From NCBI GenBank assembly GCA_013178285.1, contig JABLXD010000022.1:3802-67801 (forward strand): a DNA stretch of 64,000 bases, given 5' to 3'. Positions within the stretch are counted from its first letter, which is position 1. Each line of letters begins with the position of its first letter. The translations under genes and the position numbers were made by a program. The DNA is from Methanofastidiosum sp. (lineage in GTDB: Archaea; Methanobacteriota_B; Thermococci; Methanofastidiosales; Methanofastidiosaceae). This document shows positions 47,832 to 57,797 of this stretch, one piece after another. Below the pieces are notes generated by a model. It saw only the letters and a program-made list of their open reading frames with translations, was not told where the DNA came from and did not search any database.

Positions 47832-48079
47832 ATTATATCCCCCCTTGAAATTAAGTAATAAACGACCATAAGAATAACTGCACCTGCTATGGATATAAAT
47901 ATAAGAGGTCTAGAGTTCCCAAAGAGTATAGGAATTGGGCCAATAAATATTACCCCTCCCGTTTCAATGTGACTCTCTGAATACCCCTTAAATGAAGACA
48001 AAAAAGTTCCCGCCACGATAATTAAGATCCCTATTAAAATAAAAATAAATCCTAAGGGAATAAGTCTCTCAAAATACAT
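47825..48079 (-). CDS. DUF131 (TIGR00304) membrane protein
   Basis: GGVIFIGPIPILFG motif. Confidence 0.85.
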   Translation of the reverse strand: MYFERLIPLGFIFILIGILIIVAGTFLSSFKGYSESHIETGGVIFIGPIPILFGNSRPLIFISIAGAVILMVVYYLISRGDIIR

Positions 48080-48133
48080 GATACAAAGTTATTTAAATAG
48101 TTCTTAAGAGTTTTCCTTTGGGGGAGGGTTATT

Positions 48134-49003
48134 ATGGCGACCTTTGAAAAAATATTTGATAAAATTGATGTAACAAATTATAATTATAAAAAACTAGTAA
48201 TATTCCCATTAATTTTAGTTTTAATGTCTGTAGTATTCATAGCTACTTTTGGCATTAACTTAGGTGTTGATTTAAGAGGTGGGACACTTGCAACAGTTCA
48301 GGGAGTTGAATACACTCCTGAAATTCAAAATTATCTTATTACAAACTTAGGGGATTCTACAATTAAAGTTAGATCAATTTTCAGCCCACTTACAGAAGGG
48401 TTTATTGTGGAAACTGGGCCTGATGTTGATTCTGCAAAGTTAATCAGCTTGATCAATCAGAGGTATCCTGATGTTGCTATAAGCGTACAGAATATAGGCC
48501 CCTCCCTAGGAGCTTCATTTTTAGAACAGGGTACTCAAGCTGTATTGTTTGCATTTCTATTTATGGCAATTGTTGTCTTTTTGGCCTTCAGAATACCCAT
48601 ACCCTCTGCAGCAGTTGTCTTCTCAGCATTTTCAGATATGCTTATTGCTCTTGGATTTATGTCCATTACAGGAATTGAGCTTTCAAGATACACTATAGCT
48701 GCAGTCTTGATGTTAATCGGTTACTCTGTCGATACGGATATTCTTCTTACGGCAAGAGTGATTAAAGAGAAAGGGGAAAATGTAAATGAAAAGGTAAGGA
48801 CCGCTATGAAAACAGGGCTTACCATGACTTTTACTACTCTTGCTGCATTGAGTGCCCTTTACATATTCTCCACTTCTGATGTCCTTGATGACATTGCAAT
48901 TGTTCTAATATTCGGTCTAATTGGGGATCTTATGATGACATGGCTATTCAATGCCGGAGTTTTGAAATGGTATGCACTAAGAAGGCAGAAAGGAGGCGAA
49001 TAA
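48134..49003 (+). CDS. secF: Protein translocase subunit SecF
   Basis: LGVDLRGGT, IGPSLG, IGYSVDTDILL. Confidence 0.92.
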   Translation: MATFEKIFDKIDVTNYNYKKLVIFPLILVLMSVVFIATFGINLGVDLRGGTLATVQGVEYTPEIQNYLITNLGDSTIKVRSIFSPLTEGFIVETGPDVDSAKLISLINQRYPDVAISVQNIGPSLGASFLEQGTQAVLFAFLFMAIVVFLAFRIPIPSAAVVFSAFSDMLIALGFMSITGIELSRYTIAAVLMLIGYSVDTDILLTARVIKEKGENVNEKVRTAMKTGLTMTFTTLAALSALYIFSTSDVLDDIAIVLIFGLIGDLMMTWLFNAGVLKWYALRRQKGGE

Positions 49004-50578
49004 ATGAGCAAGATTCTAAAAAATGGTAGGGTTCTCATATTAATACTTGCAGTCATATTTTCAGTTACTGCAATTTATTTTAACGGCATATCCACAGGTC
49101 TTGACCTTGAAGGTGGAACATTAGTTACACTAGAACTTGAAAGGGCTGTTACAACTGATGTAATGGAGGATACAGTTACAAGGCTTGAGTTGAGATTAAA
49201 CAGGCTTGGTATCTCTGATGTAAATGTTAGACCTTGGGGAGAATCAAATATAATGGTAGAAGTTTCAGGGACTTCTGCAGAAAAAGAAGCGAGTGTAATC
49301 AAAATTCTTCAAGAACAAGGGGTATACGAGGCTAGAATTGACGGAGTTGTTGCTGTAAAAGGTTCAGACATTATAAGGGTAGATGCTCCCGAAATAGTTC
49401 AATCAAGATATCAAGCTGTTACTGAATGGAAAGTGCCGTTTACTATTACAAAAGAAGCAGGTCAGAACTTTGCAAATGTTGCTAAAGGTAAAGGGGGATA
49501 CCCAGTTGATATGTTTCTTGATAGACCAGCTAACTCAGTTATTGTCATGAACAAGAACATTTACAATTCACTTACCGCTTCCACACTAGATTTAAATATT
49601 TCAGGACTTGATGCAAATGTTTCAATTCCTCAGATACAGGATCCTTTCCCCATTGAAAAGAGGATTGGAGACGACATAAAATTACTTACATTCAACAACA
49701 GTTCTGAAATCCCGACACTTTTGAAAACTTATGTGGGAGATAAGGAAAGAGTAATTGTCCTTGCAACAGAAGAAGAAGTTGGAAGGGACACTCTAAATCA
49801 GATAGGAGACATGGGATTCAAAACAGACAGGGAAACTAGAGCAGAAAATGAAAGCGATTATACTTACTTTACTAGGGTAGTTGGGCTTATGAGCTCACCA
49901 AGGCTCTCTGATGATCTCGCTACAGGGGAAGCTTCTGCCACACCGGCATATGTTATTACTGGAACTTCAGCAACTCCTGCTGAAGCTGCAAAAGAAACTT
50001 CATCACTTAAAATTATACTTCAGTCAGGTGCACTGCCAGTCGCAACAAACATTGCTGGAAAAAGTTTTATTTCTCCAACTCTAGGTTCAGAATTCATTAG
50101 ACAAGTTTTAATCGCAGGCCTTGCAGCTCTCATTGCAGTAGCGGCAATTGTCTTCATAAGATATAGAAAAATTTTCATTTCATTGCCAATAATAATGATA
50201 TCGTTCTCTGAGATCATTATTATACTTGGGGTTGCATCAGTTATTCACTGGACAATAGACCTTGCAGCAATGGCAGGTATAATTGCGGCAATCGGTACCG
50301 GAGTAGACCACCAGATAGTTATTACAGATGAATCTATAATGGAAAAGGGTGGAGAGAAGAGGAAAAGAAAGAGCATCAAGAAAAGAGTAGAACATGCCTT
50401 CTTTATTATATTCACCTCAGCCTTTACAACAATAGGTGCAATGGCACCTCTTGCATACCTAAGTTTGGGAATGCTTAGAGGATTTGCAGTGACTACAATA
50501 ATAGGTCTTTTGATCGGTATAACAATCACAAGACCTGCATATGGAAATATAGCAAAAATATTATTAAAAAATCAATAA
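49004..50578 (+). CDS. secD: Protein translocase subunit SecD
   Basis: GLDLEGG, LQSGALP, ISPTLG, GTGVDHQIVI, LRGFA. Confidence 0.92.
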   Translation: MSKILKNGRVLILILAVIFSVTAIYFNGISTGLDLEGGTLVTLELERAVTTDVMEDTVTRLELRLNRLGISDVNVRPWGESNIMVEVSGTSAEKEASVIKILQEQGVYEARIDGVVAVKGSDIIRVDAPEIVQSRYQAVTEWKVPFTITKEAGQNFANVAKGKGGYPVDMFLDRPANSVIVMNKNIYNSLTASTLDLNISGLDANVSIPQIQDPFPIEKRIGDDIKLLTFNNSSEIPTLLKTYVGDKERVIVLATEEEVGRDTLNQIGDMGFKTDRETRAENESDYTYFTRVVGLMSSPRLSDDLATGEASATPAYVITGTSATPAEAAKETSSLKIILQSGALPVATNIAGKSFISPTLGSEFIRQVLIAGLAALIAVAAIVFIRYRKIFISLPIIMISFSEIIIILGVASVIHWTIDLAAMAGIIAAIGTGVDHQIVITDESIMEKGGEKRKRKSIKKRVEHAFFIIFTSAFTTIGAMAPLAYLSLGMLRGFAVTTIIGLLIGITITRPAYGNIAKILLKNQ

Positions 50579-50880
50579 TCTAAATGGCCATATTTAGATT
50601 TTACTTTTATTAAATCTATTTTTTCCACAAAGACGCCAATCAAGAATCCAACGGCAAAGAAGAACAATAGGAGTACCAAGCTTAGTTCTATTTTAGAAGT
50701 CAGAAAGAGATTAATTGTATACATTTCAATTCCAGTAAAGCATCCTAGTGCAAATACAATGAAAGATCTGGCTAATACTGCCTCTTTCATTTCCGATTTT
50801 TGAGGTATCTGGTGTCTTGTTTCTTCGATAAGTTTGATTAGTTCCTTTCTCAAATCTTCCTCATTTATACTGCTGCTCAT
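50572..50880 (-). CDS. Hypothetical 2-TM protein
   Basis: ORF with own ATG and TATA-like upstream region; no family recognised. Confidence 0.5.
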   Translation of the reverse strand: MSSSINEEDLRKELIKLIEETRHQIPQKSEMKEAVLARSFIVFALGCFTGIEMYTINLFLTSKIELSLVLLLFFFAVGFLIGVFVEKIDLIKVKSKYGHLDY

Positions 50881-50942
50881 AGAAATCTTATTAAAGTTGA
50901 AGTGAAAAGCTTAAAAAGATTTGGCTAAAAAATGCGATTTTC

Positions 50943-52286
50943 TCAATTTTTTAACTTAAGGACTTCAAGCTCTTTTTCTAACTGTGCTATTTCTTTTGGA
51001 GTGACGGCAGCTTTATTTAAGGGGATAATCAATCTTGAATTTTCAACTATAACTAGATCTCTTAAGGCTTGGATAAATTTCAAGACTATGTCAAAATTAT
51101 TTTGAGATACAAGATATTCAAGCCCCTCAATTATAACAACAGAATCTTTTCCTTTATTGATAAAATCAGTTATTAGATTCATGATACTATTAAGGTAGAT
51201 TGGAGAAATAGTATTTGGGCCTTCTATTTTTGATAACCAAATAAAAGGCGTTTTTTCAATGTCATAATTTTTCTTTAAAGACTCTGGAGGGGTTCTTGTT
51301 ATTGCGAGGCCAGAGATATTGTGTGTTATAAGATCTTTAAAAATTTCAAAGCTCTTTTCATATTTATCCTCGTATACTATAAATGACCTCCCTTGAGGGA
51401 TTTGATGTTTAATTGGGAAAGGAGCCTCTTCTTCTCCGTTTGTAACAATGTTATACTTAAACCTCAAAAGAAATGAAGTGGCTTCTCCGGAGATTAATGT
51501 AATTAGATTTTCATCTTCTTGCTCTAGAGAAGAATTTAATTTCTCTACATACAATGCTCCAATTATATCTTTTTCAAAAAATATAGGTGAAATAAAACTA
51601 GTTTTTGAAGGAAGATTTTGTTTTTTGTTGACATGATTATCGTAAATTTCAAGTAGTTTTTTTGATTCCTTTGAATTAAATCCAATTCTATTTAAAATTC
51701 TTGGAGTTCCGCCCCCATTGACTGAATAAAAACAAACCTTATCAAATCCGACTGCATCGTGAATTGTGTCAACGATAAGCTTTGCCCCTTTATCTAAGGA
51801 ATCAATTTCCCTTAGCTTTTCTGATAAAGTTATTACTGAGATTAGTTCTTTATTTCTTTTTACATATCTCTGTTTTAGCTCAGTATTATAGTGCTTGACT
51901 AGGGCGGATAGTTTCCAATGATCATATGCTTTGAAAATAAGACGCTTTATTTCGTTCACGCTGACAGGTTTTTTAAGGTAATCATATGCCCCGTATTTAA
52001 TAGCTTCAAGTGAAGAGTCAAGAGTTGCGTATCCCGTCAAAATTATAACCATTACTTCAGGATTAATATCCTTAATTTGCTTTAATGTTTCTTCTCCGGA
52101 TATTCCCTTCATTTTCAAGTCAAGGAGAACTAAATCTATTTTTTTACTCTGTAATTGATTAACCGCTTCTTCGCCACTTTCAGCATCAAATACATTGTAG
52201 CCTTCTGTTTCTAAAATTAGCTTTAGGCTTTCCCTTATATTTATCTCATCGTCTACTATTAAGATATTGAAATCATCCTTTTCCAT
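50943..52286 (-). CDS. Response regulator: REC + GAF-like + DUF835
   Basis: ILIVDD, LLDLKM, TG, YLKKP; C-terminal GLAITR..P, IWLS, IIEGLEYL (DUF835); start MEKDD at 52286. Confidence 0.85.
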   Translation of the reverse strand: MEKDDFNILIVDDEINIRESLKLILETEGYNVFDAESGEEAVNQLQSKKIDLVLLDLKMKGISGEETLKQIKDINPEVMVIILTGYATLDSSLEAIKYGAYDYLKKPVSVNEIKRLIFKAYDHWKLSALVKHYNTELKQRYVKRNKELISVITLSEKLREIDSLDKGAKLIVDTIHDAVGFDKVCFYSVNGGGTPRILNRIGFNSKESKKLLEIYDNHVNKKQNLPSKTSFISPIFFEKDIIGALYVEKLNSSLEQEDENLITLISGEATSFLLRFKYNIVTNGEEEAPFPIKHQIPQGRSFIVYEDKYEKSFEIFKDLITHNISGLAITRTPPESLKKNYDIEKTPFIWLSKIEGPNTISPIYLNSIMNLITDFINKGKDSVVIIEGLEYLVSQNNFDIVLKFIQALRDLVIVENSRLIIPLNKAAVTPKEIAQLEKELEVLKLKN

Positions 52287-53376
52287 TAATTTGCCCCCTT
52301 GGGAGAACAATTCTAACAGTAGTTCCATTGTTCAAGGCACTATCAACATAGATTTTGCCACCATGAGATTCTATTATACGATGAGTCATTGGAAGACCAA
52401 TTCCCCTATTATTTGTAAAAGATTTTGTTGTGTAGAATGGATCAAAGATTCTTTCAAGATTTTCTGGAGGTATCCCTATACCATTATCTGAAACTTTAAT
52501 TTCGATGTAGTCCTCATGTTTTATAGTATCTATTATTATAGTTGCATTGTGATTAATATTAAGAACGGCGTCTTTGGCATTTAATAGCAGATTAGTAATA
52601 GCTCTTTGAAGCTGACCTTCGGTGAATGGTACTATGCACTCGCCAGATTCTTTGTAAGAGATTAGTATATTTTTTGATCTAAAATCATTTTCAACTAATT
52701 CAATTGCTCTTTTGACCTCGTTTCCAATATCTATTGCGGAAATTTCTCCATGCATATAGGATGAAAAATCTAAAAGCCAGTTTAAGATGCCAGCTATTCT
52801 TTCAACTTCATAGTTTACTGTCTTAATATATTTTTTTCTTTTATCTTCATCTTTGGTATTTTCAATTATGTACATGTAATTAACAATCACATTTAAAGGA
52901 TTATTAATCTCATGAGAAAGGCTAGCTGAAAGTCTTTTTATTGAATCAAGTTTCTCAGAAATTAACGGGGAGAGATTGATGCCCTTAGTTTTATCAATTT
53001 CTTTAAATGATGCTAATACCGTTTTCTTGCCATCTCTATCTAAAAAATCTAATTTTATTTCACAAGGGATATTTTCTCCATTCTTCCTAAGTAGAGAGCT
53101 ATTTGTAGTATATGAAAAAATACTTTCTTTATTCTTTGAATTCAAAATAGCCAATATGTTATCTTTTTCATTACGACATAATAAATCTGAAAAGGAGATA
53201 TTTTTCATCTCCTCTTTTGAAAATCCCGTCATATCTATTAAAGCCTCGTTAAAGTAAATTAATTTATCATCTGCTATTTCGGCCATTGGCATGGCAAAAT
53301 TTTTTGAGATACATACATTAAATGTACTATTTGATGGAGAAAATTCGCTACTATGTGCCATTTGATTCTTACTCAA
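52273..53376 (-). CDS. PAS-domain sensor histidine kinase (soluble)
   Basis: SHEINNPL (H box), NLLLNAKDA (N), DNGIGI (G1), FDPFYTTK (F), GIGL (G2). Confidence 0.92.
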   Translation of the reverse strand: MSKNQMAHSSEFSPSNSTFNVCISKNFAMPMAEIADDKLIYFNEALIDMTGFSKEEMKNISFSDLLCRNEKDNILAILNSKNKESIFSYTTNSSLLRKNGENIPCEIKLDFLDRDGKKTVLASFKEIDKTKGINLSPLISEKLDSIKRLSASLSHEINNPLNVIVNYMYIIENTKDEDKRKKYIKTVNYEVERIAGILNWLLDFSSYMHGEISAIDIGNEVKRAIELVENDFRSKNILISYKESGECIVPFTEGQLQRAITNLLLNAKDAVLNINHNATIIIDTIKHEDYIEIKVSDNGIGIPPENLERIFDPFYTTKSFTNNRGIGLPMTHRIIESHGGKIYVDSALNNGTTVRIVLPRGQINGKG

Positions 53377-53435
53377 TTTTACTATTTTTGAGAACTCTTT
53401 TTATATATTTGCTTTAGAATTGCGAAAATCTTATA

Positions 53436-53454
53436 TGGAATTAAGTAAATTCCA
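53436..53454. promoter_or_regulatory. Inverted repeat abutting the TATA box of the AOR operon
   Basis: TGGAATT-AAGTA-AATTCCA directly after CGAAAATCTTATA (BRE/TATA-like). Confidence 0.45.
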
Positions 53455-53512
53455 AAGAAATAAAAAGAAAACTTCTTAAACAGAGTTATTTTAGTTTGGA
53501 AAGGAGATTTAC

Positions 53513-55231
53513 TTGCCTCACATAGAAAAACTTCTTGAGATAGATCTAGATACTGAAAAAATAGAAACTAAAAAACTTGAAAAAAAAACTGTTTCTAAGT
53601 TCATTGGTGGGAGGGGCATTGGTGTAAAATTGTTATATGATATGCTCCCACCAAATACTGAGCCATTTTCGTCAGAGAACATCCTAATTTTTACTACTGG
53701 ACCCATCACAGGTACTGTAGTTCCCCTTTCAGGTAGGCACGTTGTTATTTCCAAATCTCCGCTCACAGGCACTATTTTTGATTCAAGTGCCGGCGGTTTT
53801 TTTGGTAGAGAGCTCAGAATGGCCGGATATGATGTAGTTGTAATCAAAGGAGCTTCAGAAAAACCAGTCTTTATAGAAATTGATAATGGTGAAGTTAATA
53901 TAAAGAATGCATCAGGAATTTGGGGCAAAAATGTCAAGGAAACTACATCAATATTATCAAATGATGGTTATAGAGTATCTTGTATAGGAAAAGCCGGTGA
54001 AAAATTAATACCCATTTCTTCTATTATGAGCGAATATACACATGCTTGTGGTAGAGGCGGACTCGGGGCAGTAATGGGCTCAAAGAGATTAAAGGCATTT
54101 GTTGTTAAGGGAAAAAAAGAAATTAAGGTATCTGATAGCGAAAAAATGAAAAAATACATAGCAGAGTCAATGAGACTCTTAAATGCTTCCCCTGTTGCAT
54201 CAAAAGGATTGGCATACTATGGCACCCCTTCACTTGTAAATCTAATTAATACTATGAGGATAATGCCAACAGATAATTTTAGAAAGGTTCATTTTGAAAA
54301 TGCCTACAAAGTATCCGGAGAATATATCTCAGAAAACTATGATGTCAAAAAGAAAACATGTTATAACTGTTTTATAGCATGCAAACGTGAGGATAGAAAA
54401 ACAAACATGGAGATACCGGAATATGAAACTATAGCAATGTTTGGCCCTAACTCTATGAACGATGATATTGACAAAATAATAAAGGCAAATTATATCTGTA
54501 ATGATTATGGTGTTGATACCATTTCTGCAGGGAATGCTGTAAGCTGTTATATAGAACTAGAAGGTAAAAAGGATATTGAGAAACCACTAAAGGAGATAGT
54601 TGAAGGTGGACCTTTGAGCCAAGGCTCTTTTAGATATTCAAAGAGTAAAGGGAAAGAAGGATCGTCGATGTCTGTAAAAGGGCTAGAAATACCCGGTTAC
54701 GATCCAAGAGGCGTTCTGGGTCTTGCACTAAGTTATGCTACTTCCAATAGAGGTGCATGCCACTTAAGGGCTTATATGGTTGGGCCAGAGATATTGGGTA
54801 AACCTAAGTTAATCGATAGATTATCATTTTCTGGTAAAAGTGGCCTCATACAGATATTTCAAAATATTTCTGCAAGTGTTCACTCTTTGGTAATGTGTCA
54901 ATTTTCTTCTTTTGCATTGTCTGAAGAAGAGTATGCAAATTTATTATCTGCAGCAGTTGGAGAGGTTTATACCTCTGAAGAATTTATAAAAACTGGAGAG
55001 AGGATTTATAATCTTGAAAGATTGTTCAATCTTAGGGAAGACATGACCTATGCCGAAGATACGCTACCGGAAAGGTTTTTTGGTAAAGATGGAATATCAA
55101 AAGAAGAATTTAATTCAGTACTTGGGGAATATTACACTTACAGAGGGTGGGTCAAAGGAATCCCAACAATGGAAAGATTGGAGTCGCTTGATTTGAAAAA
55201 TGAAGGGAAATTTTTATGTGGAAAGAAATAG
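53513..55231 (+). CDS. Aldehyde:ferredoxin oxidoreductase family
   Basis: IGGRG, SPLTG, GRGGLGAVMGSKRLKA, CxxCxxxC, PEYET, DTIS, YDPR, RGACH. Confidence 0.9.
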   Translation: MPHIEKLLEIDLDTEKIETKKLEKKTVSKFIGGRGIGVKLLYDMLPPNTEPFSSENILIFTTGPITGTVVPLSGRHVVISKSPLTGTIFDSSAGGFFGRELRMAGYDVVVIKGASEKPVFIEIDNGEVNIKNASGIWGKNVKETTSILSNDGYRVSCIGKAGEKLIPISSIMSEYTHACGRGGLGAVMGSKRLKAFVVKGKKEIKVSDSEKMKKYIAESMRLLNASPVASKGLAYYGTPSLVNLINTMRIMPTDNFRKVHFENAYKVSGEYISENYDVKKKTCYNCFIACKREDRKTNMEIPEYETIAMFGPNSMNDDIDKIIKANYICNDYGVDTISAGNAVSCYIELEGKKDIEKPLKEIVEGGPLSQGSFRYSKSKGKEGSSMSVKGLEIPGYDPRGVLGLALSYATSNRGACHLRAYMVGPEILGKPKLIDRLSFSGKSGLIQIFQNISASVHSLVMCQFSSFALSEEEYANLLSAAVGEVYTSEEFIKTGERIYNLERLFNLREDMTYAEDTLPERFFGKDGISKEEFNSVLGEYYTYRGWVKGIPTMERLESLDLKNEGKFLCGKK

Positions 55232-55767
55232 CTAAATTTGGTAAAAAACTTGTCGATGGAGGATATTTAAGCTCTCATTTTGGCAATATTAGTGTTAGAG
55301 TGGGAGATAGTATTACAGTTACAAGAAGCGGATGTATGCTTGATGAGATAACTGAAGCATCTGTTGTCACAGTTGACCTTAATAAACCCTCATCTCTAGA
55401 CCTAATAGCTTCAAGTGAAACTATTGTCCATAGAGAAATATACAAAAAGACTTCTGCACTTGCCATTATTCATGCACATTGTCCATTTGCAGTTATAGAG
55501 TCTATTTTAAATGAAAACTCGATTGAACCATACGACTCTGAGGGAAAATTCTTTTTCCATGAGATACCTATAGTAACTGGTCATATAGGAACAAAGGAAC
55601 TAGCAGAGAATGCGGCAAAGGCTCTTGAAAAGCATAAAGGTTGTATTGTTAAAGCTCATGGAACGTTTGCTGTAGGAAAGATCCTAGAAGAAGCATATGT
55701 GCATACAACTATGATGGAACACAGTTCCAAGATAAAATATTTCTGCGATTTAAGTAAAAATAAATAA
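55216..55767 (+). CDS. Class II aldolase/adducin family (FucA/Ald2-like)
   Basis: GNISVR, ASSETIVH, IHAH, AHG metal ligands. Confidence 0.85.
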   Translation: MWKEIAKFGKKLVDGGYLSSHFGNISVRVGDSITVTRSGCMLDEITEASVVTVDLNKPSSLDLIASSETIVHREIYKKTSALAIIHAHCPFAVIESILNENSIEPYDSEGKFFFHEIPIVTGHIGTKELAENAAKALEKHKGCIVKAHGTFAVGKILEEAYVHTTMMEHSSKIKYFCDLSKNK

Positions 55768-55770
55768 TAT

Positions 55771-56250
55771 TTATTTAACAATTAAAACAGGAATTTTACT
55801 ATTTTTAACTACAATTGATGCGACTTTTCCTAAAGATGCTTTATTTGATTTTGAGAATCCATATTGTCCCATGACAATAAGTTCATAGTTTTCCTCTTCG
55901 GCTTCTCTAAGGATTTCATCTGCTGGGTTTCCCGATCTTGCTTTAGTTTTTGCATCAAATCCAAACTTCATCATAAGCTTATATGCACCTTCTAATATTC
56001 GAACGCTGACATCGACAGGTTTCAAGTTTTTTAATTCTTCAACAGTCTCTACATTTTTAAGTTCGACTTCTTTTAATTTTCTTACTTCTTCTTCAAACTT
56101 TCTTTCATAAAACTTGAACTCTTCGTGAACTTTAGGCATAACGTATAGTATAGTTACTTCATGTTCCTTTAAATTACAAAATAATTGAGCGCCATACGCT
56201 AGAGCACTATCCGAATAAAATGATCCATCGGTACACATCAATATTTTCAT
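55771..56250 (-). CDS. Universal stress protein
   Basis: ILMCTDGS, GNPADEI, LIVMG, LGKVASIVV. Confidence 0.88.
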   Translation of the reverse strand: MKILMCTDGSFYSDSALAYGAQLFCNLKEHEVTILYVMPKVHEEFKFYERKFEEEVRKLKEVELKNVETVEELKNLKPVDVSVRILEGAYKLMMKFGFDAKTKARSGNPADEILREAEEENYELIVMGQYGFSKSNKASLGKVASIVVKNSKIPVLIVK

Positions 56251-56254
56251 ATAA

Positions 56255-57688
56255 TCACCTTGGCATATATGGTATCAGGAATACCAAGACTATGTTAGCT
56301 ATTAAAGTTGATATTCCGCCTACGACGAGCCCAATCCAGAACCACTTAAGGAAACTCATACTGTATCTCTTACGTTTTTCTAGTATTCCTAAGGCTACTA
56401 TGTTGGCAGTACTTCCAACCATTGTTATGTTACCACCATAACAGCCACCGAATAGTAGAGCCCACCATAATGGATAGGTATACACGCCAAGATTATTAAA
56501 ACTTTCTACGACAGGGATTAGAGCAGCTACCAATACCACATTATCAAGGATACTAGATCCGATAGAAGAAATCCATAGTATCATAGTTGCTAGTACTGGG
56601 GTTCCGCTTGCAAGGCCTGAAACAGCCTTTGCTATTATGTCTGTAGTTCCTGTAAATTTTAATGTTCCACCTATTGCAAATAACATCATGAAAAAGACTA
56701 GTGACCACCAGTCAACATCTTTTTCTATATATTCTCTGGCTTTTGTTCTCTTCCAGAACATGACCATACTAGAACCTATAAGTGAAGAAAATAACAACAA
56801 TGTGTTGTGTGGTAAATCGAACAAAGTTTCAAGCCTTCTATGCATTGCAATCAAAACTATAGTTCCTACAAATATAGCAAGACCAATTTTGAATTCAGTC
56901 CTGTCCGGAACAAACTCCCATTCGTCCTGAAATGCTAGTTTCTCTGTTGACCTCATTTTTAATCTAATTTTTGATCTAAATAAGGCAATATCATTTTTAT
57001 ACCATATGAAAATAACAAGTATTGTCATGACTAAAGACATCATTGCTACCGGGAAGGACCACACAATAAATTCCTCAAAGGACAAGCCCCCTCTCATTGC
57101 AATCAAAATTCCAATTGGATTGCCCAAAACTGTACCAGAACTACCAATATTCGTTGCCATGACACATGCAATTACATAGGGTACAGGATTTACATCGAAA
57201 TAATCAGTAATCTCAAGTAAAACTGCTGTTACAAAAATAATTGAAGTGACCTCATCGATAGCCATTGCAAGAAAAGCTGATAAAATACAGAAAACAAAGA
57301 TTAACTTCCCAGCTTCAAAATTAGTTATCTTTACAATTTTAATCATTAACCATCTGAAAAATCCTACATCCTTAAGCATTCCAACAATAATCATCATTCC
57401 AACTAAGAAAAGAATTACATCCAAAGAAGCAAACTCAATAAAATGAGGTATATCCATCGTTTTCGTGATCAAAAGTGTTCCAATTCCCATAAATGCTATT
57501 GCGACTCTAAAACTCCAGAAAAGTAAAGTCCCAATCACAGCTGCTGCCAGTATTGAAGTTGCAATAACTTGAGAAGTGTTAAAACCTATCCTATCAAGAA
57601 ATATTGCTAAGACTGTAATTACAAATATAAGGATAAACATATCTCTTCTAAAATTCATTTTTCCGCTGCCTTGATATTCTTCAGACAT
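56255..57688 (-). CDS. ArsB/NhaD/SLC13-family ion transporter
   Basis: NIGSSGTVLGNP, SSILDNV, GGNITMVGSTAN; about 12 TM segments. Confidence 0.85.
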   Translation of the reverse strand: MSEEYQGSGKMNFRRDMFILIFVITVLAIFLDRIGFNTSQVIATSILAAAVIGTLLFWSFRVAIAFMGIGTLLITKTMDIPHFIEFASLDVILFLVGMMIIVGMLKDVGFFRWLMIKIVKITNFEAGKLIFVFCILSAFLAMAIDEVTSIIFVTAVLLEITDYFDVNPVPYVIACVMATNIGSSGTVLGNPIGILIAMRGGLSFEEFIVWSFPVAMMSLVMTILVIFIWYKNDIALFRSKIRLKMRSTEKLAFQDEWEFVPDRTEFKIGLAIFVGTIVLIAMHRRLETLFDLPHNTLLLFSSLIGSSMVMFWKRTKAREYIEKDVDWWSLVFFMMLFAIGGTLKFTGTTDIIAKAVSGLASGTPVLATMILWISSIGSSILDNVVLVAALIPVVESFNNLGVYTYPLWWALLFGGCYGGNITMVGSTANIVALGILEKRKRYSMSFLKWFWIGLVVGGISTLIANIVLVFLIPYMPR

Positions 57689-57797
57689 AGTGTCACCAAA
57701 CTGATAGGCCAGATTATAATAATTTGAATTTAAATCTATCTGATAAAATTTCCAACAAAATTTATAAACTTATAGTTGTTATCTATTATGTGGTCTG

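Noticed and set aside
48134-50578. secF preceding secD
   Set aside because: Separate secF and secD genes in this arrangement are not unusual enough in archaea to flag, and both look intact.
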